Source: a virus (lineage: Duplodnaviria; Heunggongvirae; Uroviricota; Caudoviricetes). From it: a stretch of DNA of 64,000 nt. The notes beneath the pieces are model-generated. The model saw only the letters and a list, made by a program, of their open reading frames with translations, did no database searches and was not told the origin of the DNA. Every line of letters starts with the position of its first letter. The first letter of the stretch is position 1. The position numbers and the translations under genes are program-made. The stretch lies in the IMG/VR virus record IMGVR_UViG_3300035210_000190. One strand, written 5' to 3'. This document shows, piece by piece, positions 19,992 through 29,917 of the stretch.

Positions 19992-20065
19992 GCGGAATTG
20001 GCATAATGGTTGTGCTCCAGCCTTCCAAGCTGGCTACACGAGTTCGATTCTCGTATTCCGCTCCA
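19992..20065 (+). tRNA. tRNA-Gly(UCC)
   Basis: ccagc-ctTCCaa-gctgg arm; AGTTCGATTC; acceptor gcggaat/attccgc; CCA. Confidence 0.92.
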
Positions 20066-20072
20066 AATTTGA

Positions 20073-20162
20073 AAGTTATGGTGCTAAGGTAGGCCCATGT
20101 AAAATAAAGAAAACCTGTTGATAAGCTGTGGTGCTAGGGTAGGCCCGCCTTAAAAAAAGAAA
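20073..20162 (+). repeat. two 50-nt-period hairpin + A-tail units downstream of tRNA-Gly
   Basis: aagYtRtggtgctaRggtaggccc...aaagaaa at 20073 and 20123. Confidence 0.8.
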
Positions 20163-20283
20163 TATTCAAACAGAATGTGAACCTCGAGAGAGGTTTTTTT
20201 TTCGTCTACAATTTATGTTATTTTTCCTATTTTGTGTTATACTGGCATATCGAATATTGGGCCAACCTAATCAGGAGTCTTAC

Positions 20284-21069
20284 ATGGGATTTTCATCATT
20301 TTCCAATAAGGAGCTAGAAAAATTTAATAAATATCTCGCTAATTCTTTGCTGACTAAGCAGATTACCCAAGTAGAAAAGGATCGATATTGTGAATTCTTA
20401 GCTATTCGAGAAGCTGAATTTAAGTCATGGATGTTGCCAGCATTGGTTCCTTATTTTAAAGAAACTCCGTTAGAGTTAAATATACTGTATATGGATGATA
20501 ATAATTTTCGATTCATTATTGTTTTTAGAGTGCCCAAAAAAGTCAAGACACTAGAAGCTCGCTTTAACATTCAGACGGATTCGATTGATTTCAGTCTTAA
20601 TAAGTCCAATGTTACTTTATTGCATTTTGAAAATGATTATCAGTCTTTGCTGGATGCAGTTAATCGTGTGACTAGCGACTATCGGCTTTGTTCAGAATTT
20701 AATTTAGGTAATCGTGCGGCTACCATGAGCAGTCTTGAAAAGTTCTTGAGGCAAACAACCTTCGTCAGTTTTCCTCATTTCAATAAAAGCGAAAAGCCTA
20801 CTTCGATTATGGAAACACGTTTAGATTTAAAATCAGGGGCTTCTTTAACGCTGCAGACAATTTATAATCATAAAACAAAAGAATCAGATATCTCACTTTC
20901 ATATAGTCGTCATAAGAAACGTAGTTTTCACATTGATATTGCTGTGAGGTTGAAAACTTCACTTTACGAAACATTTGAGAATCTTGCTTTTAAACTGTAT
21001 TTTAAAAGTTTGTATGATGTATCAAATACACCAAGGAATATTGATTTTGTTAAAATGGTTCGTTTCTAA
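20284..21069 (+). CDS. hypothetical protein (C-terminal MxxPhi tag)
   Basis: aggag RBS; ends VKMVRF. Confidence 0.8.
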   Translation: MGFSSFSNKELEKFNKYLANSLLTKQITQVEKDRYCEFLAIREAEFKSWMLPALVPYFKETPLELNILYMDDNNFRFIIVFRVPKKVKTLEARFNIQTDSIDFSLNKSNVTLLHFENDYQSLLDAVNRVTSDYRLCSEFNLGNRAATMSSLEKFLRQTTFVSFPHFNKSEKPTSIMETRLDLKSGASLTLQTIYNHKTKESDISLSYSRHKKRSFHIDIAVRLKTSLYETFENLAFKLYFKSLYDVSNTPRNIDFVKMVRF

Positions 21070-21133
21070 GGTATTTTGATTGAAAAAAAACCTCGAAAGA
21101 GGTTTTTTATTGTTTAAAATTATTTTGACCTAT

Positions 21134-21523
21134 TTATTCTATTTCAGTCTTAATTAATTTATCATTATTGTCTTCCATCCATTCAAACAATGAATCTTGT
21201 CCATAATGACCACCCGCTAGCATTGATGTTAAATATTTAAAGTCTTCTTTTAATTGTTCTACATCGGACACTCTGAAAACATGAACTTTATAACCGTACA
21301 TGAAATTGTCCAGATACTTGTCTTGAAAGGCTTTAATAGCTGTTTCATTGTCATCTATTAATTCAATATCTGTAATGCCTGAAAATTGATCTTGCATTTC
21401 CGCAAAACCAATAACTTTATTATTTTCAAATAAAGCATCTTCCATCAACTTTTTGAGCTTGTCTTTTTTATTCTCGATTGTCATTTCAAGTTCTCTAATT
21501 TCTGTTCTAAGTTGTTCAATCAT
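21134..21523 (-). CDS. hypothetical protein
   Basis: gagg RBS, coiled-coil N-terminus. Confidence 0.75.
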   Translation of the reverse strand: MIEQLRTEIRELEMTIENKKDKLKKLMEDALFENNKVIGFAEMQDQFSGITDIELIDDNETAIKAFQDKYLDNFMYGYKVHVFRVSDVEQLKEDFKYLTSMLAGGHYGQDSLFEWMEDNNDKLIKTEIE

Positions 21524-21695
21524 TTTTCAATCCTCAATAGAAAATCTTCCAACCAAATTATATCACAAAAAACCATCAATCACAATAATTGTTCATTTTT
21601 AAATTATCTCGTTTTGGCACTATAGTCCTCTATTTCTTGACGAAATCATCAATATTTGATATAATCTAGGTCTATTATCTCAAGGGTAATTATAT

Positions 21696-22178
21696 ATGAA
21701 AAATAAAACCTATTACACGATTGTTCAAAACTTTGATCAGAAAGATTTCGAATTGCGTCAATTCCGAGAGATTGTGAAGCCTAATGAGCTTTTGGCTGAC
21801 TTCCATTCTTTCGTGCCGTCAATGGGTATTTCCAGCCGAGTTATTGATACTCGTTTGGACTATGGATTTATTATCAGCGAATGTCTTTCCGAAGGCCATC
21901 AGAAAAGTCGTTTTGATTTCAACAGACTAGAATCTGCATTGGAGTTTACCTTTAAAGTGAATACAGCTCTCTATGATGGACTTAATAGTCGTCTGGTTAA
22001 AGCTCAGAAGCTTAATCTGAGGAAAGCTTTGTATTCAATGCCTTTCATGTCAGATGATAAGCAACAAAAATATCAGCATTACCTCGATACGATTGCAAAG
22101 CTGCAGGAAGTAGTAGCCAGCAAGCCTGAATTTTTTGACTTTCACAAATACGTTGAAGTTGAGTTTCTTAACCAATAA
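21696..22178 (+). CDS. hypothetical protein
   Basis: TTGACG...TATAAT promoter upstream. Confidence 0.75.
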   Translation: MKNKTYYTIVQNFDQKDFELRQFREIVKPNELLADFHSFVPSMGISSRVIDTRLDYGFIISECLSEGHQKSRFDFNRLESALEFTFKVNTALYDGLNSRLVKAQKLNLRKALYSMPFMSDDKQQKYQHYLDTIAKLQEVVASKPEFFDFHKYVEVEFLNQ

Positions 22179-22278
22179 TCAAGATCTTGCTTGTCCTATC
22201 AGCTCAATTAAGGTATAATCGATCATCGAAACGGCTCTTTTGAGCCTTAATTTATTTGTTTATCATAGGTGAAAAAAA

Positions 22279-22596
22279 ATGAACCAATTGACCGCAGAAC
22301 AAATCGCTATTATTCAACCAGTCTTGAATGACCTTGAAGATCGTTATTTTGATATTGTAGGCCGTCTTGATGAAAAAGAATATCTTGGTGAATTCAAGGT
22401 TGAAGCTTATAAAGCAGCGTTGTTTCTTCACCGTGATAACAATGTTCCACAATATCCAACTTACAAACATATTCGTCAGAATTCACTCAAATTGAATGAT
22501 TTGGATGTTGCAGAAGAATACAACATTATGAACAAGTCAGTGATGCTTGGGATGAATCTTGTCAAAGAAGCCCTTTCTAAACCAGTGAGTAATTAA
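22279..22596 (+). CDS. hypothetical protein
   Basis: aggtg RBS. Confidence 0.75.
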   Translation: MNQLTAEQIAIIQPVLNDLEDRYFDIVGRLDEKEYLGEFKVEAYKAALFLHRDNNVPQYPTYKHIRQNSLKLNDLDVAEEYNIMNKSVMLGMNLVKEALSKPVSN

Positions 22597-22598
22597 TA

Positions 22599-22991
22599 AT
22601 GAATATTACCAGAATGAATTTACAATATTGCTTCGAAGACGAAGCCATGCTTCAAGATCTTCTTGAAGAGGGGAGTCGTAACGGTCGCTATCTTCAAATT
22701 GAACCTATTGTAAATCGTGATGGTATTTTTAAACGTGGTACCGAATGCTGGTTTGAAGTCCGTGGTCGAGCTTTTACTTATGACCTTGCTATGTTCAAGT
22801 ATGAATTTAGCTTGCTTGACTATCCATCGCTTTCTGCACAGCAATTGAATGCTTTGCAGGCGATTATGAAAGCTAAATTAGCCAGTAAGCAACAGAAAAA
22901 GCTTTATGATGTCATTTGTTATCATGCCAAAGATTTCAATCGGCGTTTGGATGTTTACAAAGGCTATAAAAAATGTGGCATGTTTAAATAA
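22599..22991 (+). CDS. hypothetical protein, tandem paralog
   Basis: Near-identical core to 23043..23432 (QIEPIVNRDGIFKRGTECWFEVRG). Confidence 0.85.
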   Translation: MNITRMNLQYCFEDEAMLQDLLEEGSRNGRYLQIEPIVNRDGIFKRGTECWFEVRGRAFTYDLAMFKYEFSLLDYPSLSAQQLNALQAIMKAKLASKQQKKLYDVICYHAKDFNRRLDVYKGYKKCGMFK

Positions 22992-23042
22992 CTACTCTAT
23001 GTTTGTTTAAAAAACACTTCGTCAATAAGAGATTAAATCACC

Positions 23043-23432
23043 ATGAATATTACACGAATCAATTTGGAATTTTACATGGAAGATGAAGACATGCTTGAAG
23101 AGCTTGTCGAAGATGGTAAACGCAATGGGCGTTATATTCAAATTGAACCTATTGTGAATCGTGATGGTATTTTTAAACGTGGCACCGAATGCTGGTTTGA
23201 GGTTCGTGGTGAAGCTTTTACTTACGATATTGCAATGTTTAAATACAAATTTAGCCTTTTAGATGCCCCAACTCTTTCAGCCCAGCAAATGAATGCGTTG
23301 CATGCTATTGTGAAAGCTAAGCTAGCAAGTAAACAACAGAAAAAACTGTATAACACCGTTTGCTATAACGCCGAAGATTTATATCGCCGTCTAGAAATGT
23401 ATAAAGCTAATAAGAAATTTGACCTGCTTTAA
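23043..23432 (+). CDS. hypothetical protein, tandem paralog
   Basis: Paralog of 22599..22991. Confidence 0.85.
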   Translation: MNITRINLEFYMEDEDMLEELVEDGKRNGRYIQIEPIVNRDGIFKRGTECWFEVRGEAFTYDIAMFKYKFSLLDAPTLSAQQMNALHAIVKAKLASKQQKKLYNTVCYNAEDLYRRLEMYKANKKFDLL

Positions 23433-23498
23433 TTTAGAAGAGTCCATTTGACAAAAAAAGCATAGAACTTATACTTTCTTTGTTAAATGGAGATTATT

Positions 23499-23900
23499 AT
23501 GTATAAAGATCTAAGCAATAAAGTCCATCTTTGGATTGGTACTAATTTTGACAAAAATTATTATGACTATTTTGAGATTGATTATTCTACTGGTGGTGAC
23601 TTAGACCATCCCGATTACAAACTATGTGGTTTTTGCAAAGATACAGGCACTTTGTGGTATGATGAAGACTTCATAGGCATACTTGCACCATTTCCAGCGG
23701 GCTACTCTTTGGATGAAATCCTTTCTCAGTCAGCCGTCAATCCAGATGAGTTCGCATTAGTAAAATCTATTTGTTCTCGATTGGGCATTTTGACCGCCAA
23801 TGCTTTGTTTTGGCACCAAGAAAATGACTCAGAAATCAATGTCGATCAATCAAAATTATACAATGGTTTATACTATATAGGTCTTTTTGAGGGTGATTGA
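23499..23900 (+). CDS. immunity 22 (Imm22) family protein
   Basis: VHLWIG, YFEIDY, CGFCKD.G..WYDEDFIG, LYYIGLF. Confidence 0.75.
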   Translation: MYKDLSNKVHLWIGTNFDKNYYDYFEIDYSTGGDLDHPDYKLCGFCKDTGTLWYDEDFIGILAPFPAGYSLDEILSQSAVNPDEFALVKSICSRLGILTANALFWHQENDSEINVDQSKLYNGLYYIGLFEGD

Positions 23901-24056
23901 CCTTTGTTTATATTTTTGATATAATCATGACGCACAACATATATTATTCTATTTTTCTAAACAAAATATAGGTCTAAAAACAACTGCATGATTCTGATTC
24001 ACTTCAAAATCAACCTGTTTAATATCAATTTCATAATCGTATAGGAAATTTTTACT

Positions 24057-24608
24057 ATGACAAAAGAAAATACTGAAACAACCAATGTGTATGAGCGGGT
24101 AAATAAATCAGAGTTATTCGCATACATGAATTCCTCATTGCCCACCATACCAGAAAAAGAACTACTCCATATGGCATTCCTTCGAAATGTAGATCTCTTT
24201 AAAACCATTCGTTATGGTAAAACAATTGTTGTTGGTCGTGATGCGGCTAAAAAATATATTGAAGAAGAAAGAAAATCTAACCTATTCCAATTTATTGTGT
24301 GGGCTTTGTTGTTTTCGGTTGGTGCTGGTTTGATGATATTTATTGCCCACACTATTGATAAGCACCCGGTTCTTAGTTTTTCTGATATTATGATGCTCGT
24401 CGTTATGATGAGTGCGGAAGTGTTTGTAGTAATCCAGTTGATTCAAACCTTTAGTGACAAAAGGACGTTGAACACCTCAGAAGAACATGTTGAGCGTGGA
24501 ATTAATCCAGATTATTATGCAATTGATTTTGAAGTTGGAGATAAGGTGTCTTATAATTCATTTACAGATGACGATAGTATTGTTATAGTTCGCACTCAAA
24601 ACACATAA
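24057..24608 (+). CDS. membrane protein (2 TM)
   Basis: Two hydrophobic helices. Confidence 0.75.
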   Translation: MTKENTETTNVYERVNKSELFAYMNSSLPTIPEKELLHMAFLRNVDLFKTIRYGKTIVVGRDAAKKYIEEERKSNLFQFIVWALLFSVGAGLMIFIAHTIDKHPVLSFSDIMMLVVMMSAEVFVVIQLIQTFSDKRTLNTSEEHVERGINPDYYAIDFEVGDKVSYNSFTDDDSIVIVRTQNT

Positions 24609-24690
24609 ATAGAAAACAATGGTTATCTGTTGACGACAAACTCAAATTTTGCTATACTCCAATCTCAAATTACATAGAGGAATACCCTTC

Positions 24691-25197
24691 ATGAACGCTA
24701 AAAATATCCCGACTGTACAAGCTGACTTTCTTGACAAAATCAACCTGAATGTAAGCTTTATTGTTTGGGCTGGTGTAGGCACTGGCACGTTGGCGACGGT
24801 TATGGACCACTTCGACAAGCCAGAACATCATGTACAGCGTGTTATTATGCCGCGAGTGGATCATGAAACATTCATGGTGCTTCCAGTTATTGGTGAAAAC
24901 CAGAAAATCAGCCATTATGTTTCTGATGAAATGCAGGCTGTTGAAAAGGCACGAGAAGGTAAAAAACTTGTGTTGGTTTTTGATGATTTGTCGAGTTCTA
25001 CTGTTGCTGGTTCACGGGCTTTTTACGACGCTGTTGTTAATCGTAAATTTGGTATCATTGATTTGAAAGAAACTGATATTGTTATGGCTGTTGGTAAACT
25101 TGATAGTGAAGGCAACATGATTAATGATGTTGTCCCTATGCCTTTGATGAACAAGGTTGCTCATTACGTTCTTCATCATGAAAAAATGGCTGCATAA
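24691..25197 (+). CDS. truncated, degenerate AAA+ (MoxR-like) ATPase domain
   Basis: VWAGVGTGT (Walker A lacking Lys), LVFDDLS (Walker B-like). Confidence 0.6.
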   Translation: MNAKNIPTVQADFLDKINLNVSFIVWAGVGTGTLATVMDHFDKPEHHVQRVIMPRVDHETFMVLPVIGENQKISHYVSDEMQAVEKAREGKKLVLVFDDLSSSTVAGSRAFYDAVVNRKFGIIDLKETDIVMAVGKLDSEGNMINDVVPMPLMNKVAHYVLHHEKMAA

Positions 25198-25311
25198 AAA
25201 ATAGTTGTTATTACACAAAAGAGGCTTATCAGCCTCTTTTTTATTGTTTTCACTTTGATTTTTTCATTTTTTTTGCTATACTGTATATTCAATCGAATAG
25301 AGGACTTCACC

Positions 25312-25809
25312 ATGACCAAGCAAAAAATCCAAACTGTTAAAGACGGTTTTCTTGATAATGTAAATAAAGAAAAAGCTTTCATCGTTTGGTCACGTCCCGG
25401 TAATGGTTCTGTTACTTACCTGATGGATCATTTGGGTGCTCCTGTCTATTATGGGAATCGTATTGCAACTTCCCATCTTGACTATTCCGATCTCATTCAT
25501 CCTCAAATCAATGGCGAAGTGCTTTTGCCTAATTTTATCGAAGCTGCACGTCAAGCCCGTGAAATCAACGGTAAGAAATTGGCTTTCATTTTTGATGAGT
25601 TGTCTAATGCTTCGCCTGCTGGCATTGAAGCTTTCAGTAAAGCAGTGTTAGAACGCAATGTGCTGGGCTTGGCACTTGCCGAAGGTGATGTCGTCTTGGC
25701 AACGGGTATGCTTGATCCAAAAGGCAACCCTTTCATGGGCGACATTCCACGATCACTTTTCAACAGCATGTCCCACTACGTGATTGATTTTGAGCGACAA
25801 CACGCTTAA
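25312..25809 (+). CDS. truncated, degenerate AAA+ (MoxR-like) ATPase domain, paralog
   Basis: VWSRPGNGS (no Lys), FIFDELSNA, VLER. Confidence 0.65.
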   Translation: MTKQKIQTVKDGFLDNVNKEKAFIVWSRPGNGSVTYLMDHLGAPVYYGNRIATSHLDYSDLIHPQINGEVLLPNFIEAARQAREINGKKLAFIFDELSNASPAGIEAFSKAVLERNVLGLALAEGDVVLATGMLDPKGNPFMGDIPRSLFNSMSHYVIDFERQHA

Positions 25810-25914
25810 CCGTTACAAAAGGCTTCTTTTTTTTGTTCCATCATAAAGAATTTTGACCATTCGGCACCTTTATGGTATAATCTAGTTCTAAATTTGAAGA
25901 GAAGGATTTTTGCT

Positions 25915-26421
25915 ATGGATACTTATAATCGTAAAGTTTTTGCAATCATCAATGCCACCCGTGACAAAATTCTCACTAATGTTGCTTGGTCGGGCCTTTC
26001 TATGCAGGAAATTCCAAAAGGCACTGACCTTTTTACTAAATTGCCTTTGAGCGATTCAGATTATTGCTTTGAACAATCTTCGATGGATCGAGACTGCATC
26101 CAGTATTACAAAACGTTTCATAGTGCTGTTGAAACCATTGAAAAGGTTCAAAGCCGCGATAACTACCCCATCCTTGATCCTTTGATCATTGTGACGTTCA
26201 ATATTGCTATCGCCACCGAAGAAACTGAAATGTTTAGTAAGGATGCCTTGAAAAACATTCCAGTTCTCGTTAAGTTTGAAAGAGACGCAGCTAAACAGCT
26301 TAACGTGGAACCTGATGTCATTGCCAACTATCGTAAAGGTGATTTCAGTGGTTACACGTTTCCTAAGTTTCAAAAGGCTTATGAAGGCTGGCTGGTTTTC
26401 AATTCTATCACCACCGAATAA
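25915..26421 (+). CDS. hypothetical protein
   Basis: aagga RBS, own promoter. Confidence 0.75.
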   Translation: MDTYNRKVFAIINATRDKILTNVAWSGLSMQEIPKGTDLFTKLPLSDSDYCFEQSSMDRDCIQYYKTFHSAVETIEKVQSRDNYPILDPLIIVTFNIAIATEETEMFSKDALKNIPVLVKFERDAAKQLNVEPDVIANYRKGDFSGYTFPKFQKAYEGWLVFNSITTE

Positions 26422-26431
26422 TGGAGCTACC

Positions 26432-26716
26432 ATGAAAACAAATCATAAACGTGGTTTTAAAGATACCAAAGCTCCACGGGCTGTGTATAGTCGATACATT
26501 GTCTTCGGTCAATGTGTTAAACTGGAATTGGCTGACCGCAATGTAGCTGCCCATACGACTTGTGGCGATCACACTAATGGTAAACGTGGTATTGCCAAAG
26601 ATCGTCGTGGTGCCAAGAAATACATTCGTTCTCGTAGCCGTTTCCATGAAAAAGCAGCCCTTCAAAAAATGGTTTCATCCGTTGAAACTTTTGAAGCATC
26701 TGATATTGAAGCTTAA
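26432..26716 (+). CDS. basic hypothetical protein
   Basis: ggag RBS; Arg/Lys-rich. Confidence 0.7.
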   Translation: MKTNHKRGFKDTKAPRAVYSRYIVFGQCVKLELADRNVAAHTTCGDHTNGKRGIAKDRRGAKKYIRSRSRFHEKAALQKMVSSVETFEASDIEA

Positions 26717-26737
26717 TTACTATAAGAGGAATTTTTG

Positions 26738-27094
26738 ATGAATATTACGATTAAACGTCTATTGCTTGGCTGTCTTGTTCTTGTTGCTATTGTTGGTGGT
26801 TATTTTATTATGGTTGAAGATGGTCGTAGAGCTGAGCAACGTGCAGCATTTATTGAGCAGACACCAGAACGCAATAAAGAATCAATCAAAAACGAAGAAA
26901 TCATGGGTGTAACAAATGATGGTCAAGAAATTAAGCGGGTGACTGTTGAATACGTCAATGACCGTTGCAAGGGATGTGGCACATCAATAGAGACACATTA
27001 CATTTACTTTGTGGGTAAAGCAGTCACTGATAATGCGATTGTTCCTTCTGGAAAGTCCACACGGATTGAACCGCGAGTAACCATCAAGGAATAA
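26738..27094 (+). CDS. membrane-anchored hypothetical protein
   Basis: N-terminal TM; CxxC. Confidence 0.7.
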   Translation: MNITIKRLLLGCLVLVAIVGGYFIMVEDGRRAEQRAAFIEQTPERNKESIKNEEIMGVTNDGQEIKRVTVEYVNDRCKGCGTSIETHYIYFVGKAVTDNAIVPSGKSTRIEPRVTIKE

Positions 27095-27246
27095 AGGGGC
27101 TTCGGCCTCTTTTTTTGTTTCTTTAATTGTTGCTTTGTGTTATAATTAGTCATCATTTCTAATAGGTCGTTAGACACTTCCTTATTTAGAAGAAAATTTT
27201 CACAACTGGTTTAAAATTTACCGTGTTCAAGGTTGAGGGTTCTAAA

Positions 27247-27714
27247 ATGACTCGTAGCGAAGAAATGAAAAAAATTCAAAAACTGCCTTATAAAATTGCC
27301 AGTATTGATCAAAAGATGGATATGATCAAATCGGTTATTGCCGATGATAATTCATTGTATAAATGGTGGATACCCATGCAATTTTTTCAAGAAACTCGTT
27401 TGAGAGAATTGGTGGCTACTGAGAACGTTAGACATCAACTTTCCTTTCATTTTAATACCCTCGACATGACGTGGAGCTGCAAAGCGGATTTTGTTCAATC
27501 AATGGTTAGTGGTTATGCAGATATTATTGACGTTGACCCCATTGTCAGAGAGGTATTTGGCGATCAGTATCCAGCCCTTATGGAACAAATTTCACAGCAT
27601 AAGGTAGAACGTGAAGAATTCCATGAACGGCTTAAAACGATGAGTGAAAATTCAACAATGGATGATGTTCTTGCGGTTTTTAGCAAAGTTAAAGAAGATT
27701 TGAAAAAAAACTAA
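27247..27714 (+). CDS. hypothetical protein
   Basis: gaggg RBS. Confidence 0.75.
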   Translation: MTRSEEMKKIQKLPYKIASIDQKMDMIKSVIADDNSLYKWWIPMQFFQETRLRELVATENVRHQLSFHFNTLDMTWSCKADFVQSMVSGYADIIDVDPIVREVFGDQYPALMEQISQHKVEREEFHERLKTMSENSTMDDVLAVFSKVKEDLKKN

Positions 27715-27821
27715 AAAAATATTTGTCAAAAATATATTTTAATGCTATAATTCTTATTACTAAATAGCCGCTAATTCTAGTGGCTTCATTAAAGGCAACC
27801 CATTATTTGAGTACAACCATC

Positions 27822-28085
27822 ATGATTAAAAAAATTGTGGCTTTGTTTGATTCCGTCAAGCAGCAAATCCATCTCCATAAACTTGAAGTTAAAGCAAGAA
27901 AATGCGTCTCTCGCATTGGTGATTTTGCTGACCATCAGTTGTGTGGTGAACAATTGCATGAGTGGTTGGCTGTCTATAAAAAGAAGTCGATTGAATTGCG
28001 TGAGATCATGAATAATGCAACCAGTGATCGTCGTGAAAAACTGGAAGCTTTCATTGATAAAGTTCACAACAAATACAAATTTTGA
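27822..28085 (+). CDS. hypothetical protein
   Basis: ORF after TGCTATAAT promoter. Confidence 0.65.
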   Translation: MIKKIVALFDSVKQQIHLHKLEVKARKCVSRIGDFADHQLCGEQLHEWLAVYKKKSIELREIMNNATSDRREKLEAFIDKVHNKYKF

Positions 28086-28095
28086 AGGTGTACGC

Positions 28096-28284
28096 ATGAA
28101 AACTAGAATTGTAGAAGTCTTTAACCGCCAAGCTCAACGTCAACGGTATTTCTGCCAATATCGCTGGTTGTTTTTCTGGAAGACAATTAATAACCCGCTG
28201 GTTAAAGTGCCTACTTGCTCTTTCAGTGATGGTTATCTTACACGGAAAGCCGCTGAACAAGTGCTTAATTCTTTCGTCCGTTAA
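28096..28284 (+). CDS. small hypothetical protein
   Basis: aaggtg RBS; QYRWLFFWKT phage-type motif. Confidence 0.65.
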   Translation: MKTRIVEVFNRQAQRQRYFCQYRWLFFWKTINNPLVKVPTCSFSDGYLTRKAAEQVLNSFVR

Positions 28285-28415
28285 GGTTAAACTTAAAAAA
28301 CTTTAAACATTATAGATTAAAACTAAGCCACTCTTTGATGAGTGGTTTTTTACTGCAGTAGATTATTTATTTTTCTATGTTATATTTTCTAGTTAACTTA
28401 CTAGGAGATATATAT

Positions 28416-28958
28416 ATGAATAACAATAACTTTAATTCGTCTGTTGATAAAGATGTTACTCCAAACGATCAAAAATCCATGATTAACCTCTTTAAAAAGA
28501 ATGTTCATTTGACTAATCTTTATAAAAAAGTGGGTTCTGTTATGGCACGATTGGCTAAGGTTGGGGAAGAAATCATCACCACTATTGATGGCAAAATTGA
28601 AACTAAGAATACTGCCAAAGAAAATGATGTGGTCATCAAAGGCTTAAAAGGCGAAGAATATATCATAGGCCATGAAAAGTTTAAGGCTCGTTATACTGTA
28701 AATAAACCTGTTTCTGATGATTTTACCACTTATGAACCTAATGGCACTTGTATTGCTTATGAATATCAGGGTGAAAGCATGGTGTTTATGGCACCTTGGA
28801 ATGAGGAAATGATTGTTCATAATGGTGATTTCCTTGCTACAACAGATGCTTTCATACCAGAAGTCTATCGCATTGAAAGAGACGCCTTTTTTAAGACTTA
28901 TGAAAAGCTTTTAAACTTGAATAACGACGATGAACCTGCTATACTATCGACTAATTAA
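28416..28958 (+). CDS. PGDYG-like domain protein
   Basis: Duplicated motif: ENDVVIKGLKGEEY.I...F..RY and APWNEEMIVHNGDFL...YRI...F.KTY. Confidence 0.6.
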   Translation: MNNNNFNSSVDKDVTPNDQKSMINLFKKNVHLTNLYKKVGSVMARLAKVGEEIITTIDGKIETKNTAKENDVVIKGLKGEEYIIGHEKFKARYTVNKPVSDDFTTYEPNGTCIAYEYQGESMVFMAPWNEEMIVHNGDFLATTDAFIPEVYRIERDAFFKTYEKLLNLNNDDEPAILSTN

Positions 28959-28977
28959 TCAATAAACAGGTGTTACC

Positions 28978-29343
28978 ATGACTCGTAAAGCAAATGTTGA
29001 GCAACCAGTAATCATTGCCGAACTCATGATTAAACAAAAAATTGAAGACCGTCATTCTTTGGTTAAAGGCATTACTGATTGTCAGTCTCTTGGTGAAATG
29101 AAGCAACTGGTCGATTCGTTGGTTGATGATTACGGTGCCGAATCAAAAGTCAACTTTGATGCGGGTCATAACAACATCAGCGAAGAAGTCATTACTTTTC
29201 GAGACGAGACGCCTGCTGAAATGAACGCTCGTATCGACAAAGAAATTGAAAAATTGATTGCAAAAGAATTGAGTATTAAAAAACAAGGTTCGGCGGTTGC
29301 TACTGATATTCAGAACCTGATGAAGTTCAAAAATCAACAATAA
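28978..29343 (+). CDS. hypothetical protein
   Basis: aggtg RBS. Confidence 0.75.
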   Translation: MTRKANVEQPVIIAELMIKQKIEDRHSLVKGITDCQSLGEMKQLVDSLVDDYGAESKVNFDAGHNNISEEVITFRDETPAEMNARIDKEIEKLIAKELSIKKQGSAVATDIQNLMKFKNQQ

Positions 29344-29448
29344 AGATAATTACCATCTAACAAAACCGTCTTTCAGGCGGTTTTTTCTTGTCTAAAATAT
29401 CACTTTTGTGTATAATCGACCTACACTCCTATTGATAGAGCCTAAATA

Positions 29449-29823
29449 ATGAATGACATTGATGAGCTTATGGAAACTTTGACTGCTAATGCTGAGATGG
29501 TGAACGCTGTCCCTGCTTATGACACGCTTGGACATACCGATTCTCAAAACGTGACAACTGTTCAAATTGGTCAAACGTTGTCTCGATTGGCTCGTATTTC
29601 TATTCCGACTTTTGAGCGTATTGTCAGTGTCAAAGGTGAAGCTGCCTATGAACCGGATAGTTATCCACAAGAACATGTGATGAATCCAACATTGCTTGTC
29701 TGGGTGAAGTTTCGGTTTGACCAAGTGGGTGATAAAGTTAAGCTTGTTAATCTTTCAGAGAAAACAGAGTGCCTGTTGAACAGCATGACACAGGCCCGTC
29801 AATATATTCGAACATTCTACTAA
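29449..29823 (+). CDS. hypothetical protein
   Basis: Own promoter. Confidence 0.7.
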   Translation: MNDIDELMETLTANAEMVNAVPAYDTLGHTDSQNVTTVQIGQTLSRLARISIPTFERIVSVKGEAAYEPDSYPQEHVMNPTLLVWVKFRFDQVGDKVKLVNLSEKTECLLNSMTQARQYIRTFY

Positions 29824-29917
29824 TTTTCAGCAAACAGAGCATTTAGTGATCTTAATGATTGCTTAATTTTCTGTTTTTTGATAGAATAGCTTCATCAAAC
29901 ATCATAGGAAGACGATC

